NCBI GenBank assembly: GCA_963764725.1
Contig: CAVXTM010000011.1
Location: forward strand, 320,001 to 384,000
DNA length: 64,000 nucleotides
DNA from: an uncultured Gammaproteobacteria bacterium
GTDB taxonomy: Bacteria; Pseudomonadota; Gammaproteobacteria; JACCXJ01
Reading direction: 5' to 3'
This document shows positions 63,816-64,000 of the stretch, in pieces (positions within the stretch are counted from its first letter, which is position 1; every line of letters begins with the position of its first letter). The position numbers were made by a program, and so were the translations under genes. The notes below the pieces were generated by a model that saw nothing but the letters and a program-made list of their open reading frames with translations, was not told where the DNA came from and made no database searches.

Positions 63816-64000
63816 GGCGATGCGCCTAAAATGGAAAAAACGTCCCCTCTCGCTAGGGGCCTTTTGACTGAGTCGCTAGTCCGCAGCGCCGAGGTCAACT
63901 CGCAAGCCCAGTAGGCACGTGCGCGGCTGGGCAGACTTGTCTCTCCGGCGTTGGCGCCGCCTCCTCCGGCGGGCACACGCTTGCGCCTAAATAGTATTGG

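Noticed and set aside
1-64000. Many long antisense or overlapping ORFs (e.g. 3156-3992, 32488-33402, 48465-49778, 49744-50718)
   Set aside because: They shadow well-supported genes in GC-rich DNA and have no recognisable motifs
1-64000. CRISPR array, prophage, integron or intact defence system
   Set aside because: No regularly spaced repeat-spacer units, cas, phage or integron-integrase genes seen

Overview
GC-rich bacterial chromosome segment, most likely a gammaproteobacterium (inferred from gene content and order). About 1-47.4 kb is core genome: prmB, htpG, mutS, ferredoxin, a Ser/Thr kinase-PP2C-FHA module, nth, rlmI-like, an orphan rnfB, nagZ, LPS core genes (waaA, hldD, hldE), dsbC, xerD, a long minus-strand translation cluster (initiator tRNA-Met, rimP, nusA, infB, rbfA, truB, rpsO, pnp, rpsP, rimM, trmD, rplS), an AmrB-AmrA fusion, galE, exeA-like, metK-ahcY-metF and gap-pgk-pyk-fba. 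About 47.4-64 kb is a plastic region: pduO, a complete ISL3 element with an 8-bp TSD, Xre-like and TIR-like gene relics, uup, phoR-phoB-oprP with a triple pho box, and two tandemly duplicated secreted-protein genes (a beta-helix/RTX-like protein and AA5 copper-radical oxidases). The best leads are: (1) a 13-bp sequence present three times that spans the uup and phoR stop codons and brackets the beta-helix cassettes; (2) a ~118-bp three-hairpin intergenic repeat present twice; (3) a 147-bp MITE sitting in a stop codon; (4) a 4.07-kb-period duplication that carries the oprP 3' end; (5) three single-base frameshifts that are all repaired by restoring GTCAAC. I found no CRISPR array, prophage or intact defence system. 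All calls come from reading the sequence and the ORF track; no searches were run.
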